Of a stretch of 32,000 nt of DNA, positions 27,801 through 32,000 are shown in pieces. Source of the stretch: an uncultured bacterium (GTDB lineage Bacteria; Margulisbacteria; WOR-1; CAVSGV01). Each line of letters opens with the position of its first letter. Position 1 is the first letter of the stretch. A program made the translations under genes and the position numbers. The stretch lies in assembly GCA_963699255.1 (NCBI GenBank), contig OY969425.1, forward strand, positions 1,230,001 through 1,262,000, given 5' to 3'. A model generated the notes under the pieces. That model was not told where the DNA came from and did no database searches. It saw only the letters and a program-made list of their open reading frames with translations.

Positions 27801-29400
27801 CTGTGCATACACTTGATATCCCTGATAAATTTGCATACTTGGTTGATCCGGTACAAACAGATGCGCTCCCACTCAATACCGCATAATTGGAAGTATTCGC
27901 ATTGCCTGTACACACACTTGATATACCTGATAGTGCTGCATAATTGGTTGATCCGGTACAGCTTGATGCTGTCCCACTCAACGCAGAGTAGTTGGATGTA
28001 TTAGCGCTGCCTGTGCACACACTTGATATCCCTGATAAATTTGCATACTTGGTTGATCCGGTACAAATAGATGCTGTTCCACTCAATGCTGCATAGTTGA
28101 CGGTCCCGGTACATATAGATGCTGTCCCACTCAACACAGAGTAGTTCGATGTATTAGCGCTGCCTGTGCATACACTTGATATACCTGATAAAGCTGCATA
28201 ATTGGTTGATCCGGTACAAATGGATGCTGTTCCACTCAATGTGGCATAGTTCGCACTATTCGCACTGCCTGTGCACACACTTGATGTCCCTGACAGTGCC
28301 GCATAATTGGTTGATCCGGTACAAATAGATGCTGTTCCACTCAATGCTGCATACTTTACTGATCCCGTACAGACAGATGCTGTTCCGCTCAACACAGAGT
28401 AGTTCGATGTATTAGCATTACCTGTGCACACACTGGATATACCTGATAGAGCTGCATAATTAGTTGATCCGGTACAGCTTGATGCTGTTCCACTTAATGC
28501 TGCATAGTTGGATGTACTCGCGCTACCTGTACATATACTGGATATACCTGATAGATTTGCATAAGTGACAGACCCTGTACAACTGGATGCTGTTCCACTC
28601 AATACTGCATACTTTACTGATCCCGTACATGCGGATGATGTTCCGCTTAACACTGCATAGTTAACAGTCCCTGTACAGGCTGATGCTGTCCCACTCAATA
28701 CCGCATAGTTTGATGTATTCGCACTGCCTGTGCATACACTTGATATCCCCGATAAAGCTGCATACTTTACCGATCCCGTACACGCGGATGATGTTCCGCT
28801 CAATGTCGCATAGTTCGCGGTTACTGATACTGATGTGGAGGTCACATTGATAAGCGCCGAGCCATCTCCGTAATATTTACCTGTCGACCCCTCTATGGAT
28901 GCTCCCATAGCTCCCACCTTAAGATTCCCTGTTATATTGGCGTTTGCCGTCTGCGCTTCCGTTGTGTTCATGATGTACCTTTGGTCCGCATTCCCTTGGG
29001 CGATACCTCCTCCTCCTCCCATCCCCGATTCTGATGATATCGCCCTGAACGCGTACGGTGCCGCCGCCAGCAGCTGGTGCGGCGTCATGTCTTCTCCCCC
29101 AACGTTCAGCCCGATCTCATATTGATTGCTGAAATCTACGCTCGTGGGAATGGGACCCAGCATTTCATTGATGTTCCCCTGACTGTCAGGAGTAACCGTT
29201 GATGTCTGCGACCACAGCGATGTCCCGCTGGATGAATCGTACAGCGTGAAGATTATCACCTTGGGGTCTGTGATAGGCAGGCCGCTTGTTTTGTCCAGTA
29301 ACCTACCTTGAAAATATATGGTGCGGGGGATAGCTGCAAGAACGGAGAAAGATAATATCGTCAGGAAAACAAAGAAAAAGAAAAACACCTTTTTTTGCAT
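24844..29400 (-). CDS. Giant secreted repeat protein C (1518 aa): same N-terminal module, about 54 single-Cys repeats, same pre-tip region as A, glycine-rich tail-fibre-type tip
   Basis: 4.56-kb uninterrupted ORF. The N-terminus is identical to A and B except for a short patch (GMGGGGGIAQGNADQRY). The C-terminus RFISGGTFTVPSGVKTVWVTMCGGGGGGG...VSVTPGASISVGVGQGG...GFVLVEY matches the glycine-rich domain seen at phage tail-fibre C-termini. Confidence 0.88.
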   Translation of the reverse strand: MQKKVFFFFFVFLTILSFSVLAAIPRTIYFQGRLLDKTSGLPITDPKVIIFTLYDSSSGTSLWSQTSTVTPDSQGNINEMLGPIPTSVDFSNQYEIGLNVGGEDMTPHQLLAAAPYAFRAISSESGMGGGGGIAQGNADQRYIMNTTEAQTANANITGNLKVGAMGASIEGSTGKYYGDGSALINVTSTSVSVTANYATLSGTSSACTGSVKYAALSGISSVCTGSANTSNYAVLSGTASACTGTVNYAVLSGTSSACTGSVKYAVLSGTASSCTGSVTYANLSGISSICTGSASTSNYAALSGTASSCTGSTNYAALSGISSVCTGNANTSNYSVLSGTASVCTGSVKYAALSGTASICTGSTNYAALSGTSSVCTGSANSANYATLSGTASICTGSTNYAALSGISSVCTGSANTSNYSVLSGTASICTGTVNYAALSGTASICTGSTKYANLSGISSVCTGSANTSNYSALSGTASSCTGSTNYAALSGISSVCTGNANTSNYAVLSGSASVCTGSTKYANLSGISSVCTGSANTSNYAALSGTASVCTGSTNYAALSGISSVCTGSANTSNYSVLSGTASTCTGSVNYSVLSGTASMCTGTVNYAVLSGTSTSSTNSIYATLSGTSSICTGSANTSNYAVLSGTASVCTGSTKYADLSGISSTCSGNAKTAGYAVLSGTSTTSTNAVYATLSGTSSICTGSANSANYAVLSGTASMCTGTVNYAVLSGTSTTSTNSIYATLSGTSSICTGSANTSNYSVLSGTASMCTGTVNYAVLSGTASTCTGSVSYATLSGISSVCTGSANTSNYSVLSGTASTCTGSVNYSVLSGTASTCTGTVNYAVLSGTSSSCTGAVSYSTLSGTSSRCTGSVSYAVLSGTSTTSTNAIYATLSGISSICTGSANSASYAALSGTSSACTGSVKYAELSGTSSACTGSVKYADLSGISSACTGSVKYANLSGISSICTGSANSASYAALSGTSSSCTGSAPYAALSGTSSVCTGSANSASYAALSGTSTMCTKQATYALLAATASDCSTGHAKDANYAALSGTSTLCTKQANYAILSSVASICTGHARDANYADLSGTSTVCSVRANYAILSATATACSGTGYYLNSSGLKVDTNDLFVSGGNVGIGTTGPGTKLDVAGNVRLSGTHLVYNSANGVIDWGGSSGGNLYLRTLSSQGNIDNYSDRVTILNNGNVGIGTTNPASKLNVEGSQISTFTGATRGMLSLSGAYTAGRYTPIDFLYSSGSNPNARIAAYFDNSGSKLMFGTSNNYTTGITNTSMVIDSVGNVGIGTTNPGYKVDVQGGAINASGGIYNNGTLISSHGKQRFISGGTFTVPSGVKTVWVTMCGGGGGGGTGRNYYGGGGGGGAAVIAESVSVTPGASISVGVGQGGTGGQLGATEWGNPGGDSSFGSYVAGGGSAGYSGYTGGNGGHGGNGGTCTNCTGGVNGGRGQDTCGANTSRGGGSAFGGGGFYFEDGSVTAAYGYGGGGSGGYQHNAGNGTQGFVLVEY
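24847..25398 (-). other. Glycine-rich C-terminal tip domain of giant C
   Basis: G-x-F-T-V-P-x-G-V...V-x-x-x-G-G-G-G-G-G...V-T-P-G...V-G-x-G-G pattern, recognised from memory of 'glycine-rich domain-containing' tail-fibre proteins. Not verified by HMM. Confidence 0.6.
26061..28812 (-). repeat. In-frame tandem array of about 54 units (16/19 aa) in giant C
   Basis: Same unit consensus. Four Cys-less units (STSSTNSI / STTSTNAV / STTSTNSI / STTSTNAI variants). Confidence 0.9.
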
Positions 29401-29461
29401 AATAACCCCCTGTGAATATCATGAATATCAATGGATTCCTTACTTGATCCCTATGCGGTAC

Positions 29462-29489
29462 ATTATATTATATATATGTGGAATTACAA
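29462..29489 (-). promoter_or_regulatory. Promoter copy 3 (giant C): TTGTAA-16-TATAAT
   Basis: -35 at 29489-29484 and -10 at 29467-29462. The 5'UTR direct repeat is at 29413-29430. The RBS variant is GGGGG rather than GGAGGG. Confidence 0.6.
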
Positions 29490-29570
29490 TAGACTTTTGG
29501 CTCAAAGAAAATAATAAAAACTGTGGGGGGAAAATAAGGAAGAAGATGTCTTTGCTTGTCATAAACAAAA

Positions 29571-29607
29571 AATAATGGCGCGGCCATCTGCTTGCCGCGC
29601 CATTATT
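29571..29607 (-). terminator. Rho-independent terminator after the PorV-like gene
   Basis: Perfect 13-bp stem AATAATGGCGCGG / CCGCGCCATTATT with an 11-nt loop. On the minus strand the GC core is followed by AUUAUUUUUUGUUU. Confidence 0.8.
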
Positions 29608-29625
29608 TCGCCAATTAATTTGGCC

Positions 29626-30633
29626 TTATATTATTTCCGATGCCTGTTTTACCGGCTCCTCAGGACCGCCCGTGTAACAGATCGAGAAATAATGCGTTGA
29701 TAGCTCAGAAAAATTAGGATCCTGCCTGTACGCGTAATCGAACCTGAACCCGTCCAGCGTAAGGCCTATGCCAAGCAGATAATTCGTTGATGTCCCTGTG
29801 GTCCCCTCGTCGATCGACGCCGCTTTCTGGTCGATCCCGGCCCTCAGCGCGAGAAGTGGTATTACCTGCCATTCGGCTCCGCCGTGTGCCACCATATCCC
29901 TTCCTCCGTCCAGGTCGAAGTCCGTGTCCAGCGCGACCAGCACATTTTCAATAGCTTTATATGAACATCCCAGCTTGAACAGCCTGGGAAGCGTTTCTTT
30001 CTCCCCGGTGGACCAATCAAGCGATCCAGCCACATTTTGAAGTGTGGCTCCAACGGTCAACCTGCTGGTCGGTGCATACATCGCCCCAAGGTCCAGCTCC
30101 ATTCCGCTTGCGGTCGGTGCATTGCTTATGCTCCCCGAAAGCCCCTGTGAAAGAAACTTTACGTTAGCCCCTACCCCGACTTGCTCGCTGATATCTTTAC
30201 CATATGAGAGGATGAACATCTGGTTCGTATAATCCATTGCTCCGCCTTCGGTTGTTACTCCCCCTACATAATATATATGTGAGCCTGCCGGTGTTGATGC
30301 CCCAACATATCCGATCCCTAAATGACCGTATTGCGTCGGATATGAAAATCCGATCAGCTTGTAGTCTACGGTGTTCAATATCTGTGAACTCATGCTTACA
30401 AAAGAGAGGCTGTTCTGCCTGGCAAGCCCTGCCGGATTCGTGAATATGGCCGATGCGTCATCAGCAAGGCCCGTGTATGCTCCCCCAAGCGCTATCGGGC
30501 GCGCTCCCATCCCTACTTCTGTTATGTCTACCGAGGGTGCGTTGACTGAGCCGTCATCAGCAAAGGATGCGGATATCATCAATATTACCAATGATACCGC
30601 TAAAAATGTTAACTTTAGAACCGTATTCCTCAT
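29626..30633 (-). CDS. Outer-membrane beta-barrel protein, PorV/PorQ-like (FadL-fold) family
   Basis: The start is taken at the ATG at 30633 (GGGGGGAG RBS; signal peptide MRNTVLKLTFLAVSLVILMISASFA). VGMGARPIALGGAYTGLADDASAIFTNPAGLA matches the conserved N-terminal motif of PorV/PorQ and UPF0164-type barrels. Alternating beta-strand pattern and a C-terminal aromatic-rich end. Confidence 0.55.
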   Translation of the reverse strand: MRNTVLKLTFLAVSLVILMISASFADDGSVNAPSVDITEVGMGARPIALGGAYTGLADDASAIFTNPAGLARQNSLSFVSMSSQILNTVDYKLIGFSYPTQYGHLGIGYVGASTPAGSHIYYVGGVTTEGGAMDYTNQMFILSYGKDISEQVGVGANVKFLSQGLSGSISNAPTASGMELDLGAMYAPTSRLTVGATLQNVAGSLDWSTGEKETLPRLFKLGCSYKAIENVLVALDTDFDLDGGRDMVAHGGAEWQVIPLLALRAGIDQKAASIDEGTTGTSTNYLLGIGLTLDGFRFDYAYRQDPNFSELSTHYFSICYTGGPEEPVKQASEII

Positions 30634-30836
30634 TTGCTCCCCCCTAAAAACCGAAAAGAACATTGCCACCTCTAGCTTTGTTCTTTTCTTGCAGATGGCT
30701 GCCCCGCTTTCCGGGGCCTTACACTTATATAATCGGGTTATGGGGGATCAAACTTGCATGAATTTCATGGAATATAGAGAGGGATTCTATTGATAAAAAC
30801 AGGAAAAAATGAAAAAAACGCAGAACTAGAGAAGGG

Positions 30837-31736
30837 TTAGTCCATTACCGCCATCTGGCCTTTGGAAAGTATCTTGCTGCTCGAGGTTATCAGATATATG
30901 TAAGCTCCATTCGACACATATTCTCCGAAATCGTTCTTACCATCCCAGTAGACATTGTTCAGGCCCGCTTTTCCGCCTTCTTCTCCGGGATCAAATGACT
31001 TCTGACACACCGCTTTGCCGGTTATGTCATAAATGATCAGCTTTGTGCCGGTATCGGAAGAAAGAGTGTACATTATCGTTGTTCCTTCACCATGCCTCGG
31101 CCTGAATGGATTCGGCACGTTCTTTGGCCTGCTTGTGATAGAAAGTATGCCGGTATGCTTAAGCTGCTTGATCCCGAAGTAGTCGGCTGAACCTCCAAGA
31201 TTTGTGGCTCGGATCCCTACCTCATGGGTTACACCGCTAAGTTCTGTCGCCGGGCTGAACGAAAAATGGTATTTCTTAGGTCCGGTCTTTATCAGGCCTA
31301 CAAGATATTTGCTGCCGTCAACATAGACCTCAACGCTTGTTGAACCCGGTGCCAAGCACTCGTCAAGTATATCAGCTGAAATAACAGGTCTTTCGGAAAT
31401 GGACGTTATCGATGAGGCGGTGCTGCCATCTATGTTGACGTCATAGATGTAGATATCATCGAAAAGCGTGTAAACACAGCCTGAACGCAGCGAATAGCTA
31501 CTGCTCTCCGATGTCCCTACGGGGGATACCTGCCCGACACTGGAATAAAGTTGATAGCTTGATGAAGATGAACTCCCCATGGTGCCTCCGCTGCTAACGG
31601 TTCCTGCCGGCATTGTATAATTTGGGGTTGGCGCTACTGTCGCAAAAGAACCTGTCACGCCAGCGAAGGAAAAAAGGAACAGTAAAAGGCCTGGAATTAT
31701 AAATGATATTAATTTGTGGTTCGATGTTTTTAACAT
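30837..31736 (-). CDS. Secreted protein with a C-terminal FlgD-Ig-like / T9SS-type sorting domain
   Basis: 299 aa with a signal peptide. The C-terminal [35 protein letters not shown]...[22 protein letters not shown] matches the FlgD_ig / Por_Secre_tail pattern. The N-terminal two-thirds are unrecognised. Confidence 0.6.
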   Translation of the reverse strand: MLKTSNHKLISFIIPGLLLFLFSFAGVTGSFATVAPTPNYTMPAGTVSSGGTMGSSSSSSYQLYSSVGQVSPVGTSESSSYSLRSGCVYTLFDDIYIYDVNIDGSTASSITSISERPVISADILDECLAPGSTSVEVYVDGSKYLVGLIKTGPKKYHFSFSPATELSGVTHEVGIRATNLGGSADYFGIKQLKHTGILSITSRPKNVPNPFRPRHGEGTTIMYTLSSDTGTKLIIYDITGKAVCQKSFDPGEEGGKAGLNNVYWDGKNDFGEYVSNGAYIYLITSSSKILSKGQMAVMD

Positions 31737-31875
31737 AAAATTTTTATCATTCTACCTGCCAAAACATTTGGATTTCCTGGACACTCGGAATGCATTATAC
31801 AGAATACGCCCGAAATATCAAGGGGAATTAGCCGATGGTCAGTATCCGGGAAAAAGCGAAATTTCAATCAAGTTG

Positions 31876-31884
31876 TGCTATAAT
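31876..31884 (+). promoter_or_regulatory. Extended -10 (TGCTATAAT) only 6 nt upstream of the aroC ATG; candidate leaderless transcript
   Basis: TGCTATAAT at 31876-31884 and the ATG at 31891. No Shine-Dalgarno in the 15 nt upstream. Confidence 0.4.
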
Positions 31885-31890
31885 TTTCAC

Positions 31891-32000
31891 ATGCTCAGAT
31901 ATTTAACTGCTGGAGAATCGCACGGAAAAGCAATAATCGCCATATTGGAAGGTATGCCCGCGAACTTAGTGGTTTCTTCACAGGATATAGATAAGGAACT
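31891..32000 (+). CDS. aroC: Chorismate synthase, 3' end outside the window
   Basis: It translates to [37 protein letters not shown], the canonical AroC N-terminus ([10 protein letters not shown]). It is open to the window edge and so is absent from the ORF track. Confidence 0.88.
   Translation, partial: MLRYLTAGESHGKAIIAILEGMPANLVVSSQDIDKE

Noticed and set aside
14746-28004. Plus-strand ORFs of 60-90 aa inside the repeat arrays, rich in His/Ser/Leu/Tyr/Met (e.g. 14746..14967, 20527..20799, 21499..21696, 21811..22002, 22171..22362, 26313..26534, 27813..28004). Minus-strand alternative-frame ORFs 16236..16502 and 23085..23351 belong to the same group.
   Set aside because: These are antisense or out-of-frame shadows of the 4.6-5.1-kb minus-strand ORFs. 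The repetitive codon content simply lacks stops in other frames. They have no RBS, and they repeat with the same periodicity as the real gene.
14387-28812. Possibility that the highly regular 48/57-nt repeats are CRISPR arrays or non-coding satellites.
   Set aside because: The units are contiguous with no unique spacers and the period is a multiple of 3. They lie in uninterrupted ORFs that preserve a peptide consensus despite synonymous variation. No cas genes are present.
13127-29400. An invertible shufflon, or diversity-generating retroelement (DGR) control of the variable tips.
   Set aside because: All three genes and all tips are in the same orientation, with no flanking inverted repeats. 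The window has no invertase or recombinase and no reverse transcriptase. There is no template/variable repeat pair with adenine-specific differences. The evidence fits homologous recombination or gene conversion instead.
13127-31736. The island as a prophage or phage-tail-like particle cluster, given the tail-fibre-type domains.
   Set aside because: There are no capsid, portal, terminase, sheath, tube, baseplate, integrase or lysis genes in 18 kb. The giants have Sec signal peptides and cellular-type promoters. The flanks are housekeeping genes without att-like repeats.

Overview
This is a 32-kb bacterial window, probably from an uncultivated lineage. TTG starts are frequent, and taxonomy cannot be assigned from sequence alone. 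It splits into two parts.

(1) nt 1-12.7 kb is ordinary housekeeping. Most of it is one tightly packed minus-strand gene train: ilvD-ilvB-ilvN-(Cys-rich membrane ORF)-ilvC-dxr-(HicB-like ORF)-thrS-infC-rpmI-rplT-(bifunctional nuclease). On the plus strand are a 5'-truncated FAD oxidoreductase, a GT2 polyprenyl-phosphate glycosyltransferase and a small EamA/SMR-like membrane protein.

(2) nt 13.1-31.7 kb is an accessory island bounded by ilvD and a partial aroC. It carries three tandem, co-oriented giant paralogous genes of 1690, 1681 and 1518 aa.
- Each gene has its own copy of the same promoter and 5'UTR, and the same signal peptide plus about 197-aa N-terminal module.
- Each has a stalk of about 54-72 tandem 16/19-aa repeats with one cysteine per repeat (consensus YAxLSG[T/I]xSxCTG).
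- Each ends in a different tail-fibre-type C-terminal tip: a Peptidase_S74-like intramolecular-chaperone domain, an 'FEIPDPLDP...YFEAL' domain, or a glycine-rich domain.
- A 64-bp relic of the S74-type 3' end lies just downstream of the glycine-rich-tipped gene. This relic, together with a patchwork of near-identical blocks between the paralogues, points to tip-cassette replacement and gene conversion.
- A frameshifted six-blade Kelch-type propeller gene sits between two of the giants.
- A PorV/PorQ-like outer-membrane barrel and a FlgD-Ig/T9SS-like CTD protein lie upstream.

Two small dispersed repeat families also occur in intergenic regions: about 100-bp AT-rich inverted-repeat elements, and a GC-rich 'CCCCTCTCC...GGAGAGGGG...GGGGTGA' palindrome.

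No rRNA, tRNA, CRISPR array, transposase, integrase or reverse transcriptase was found.
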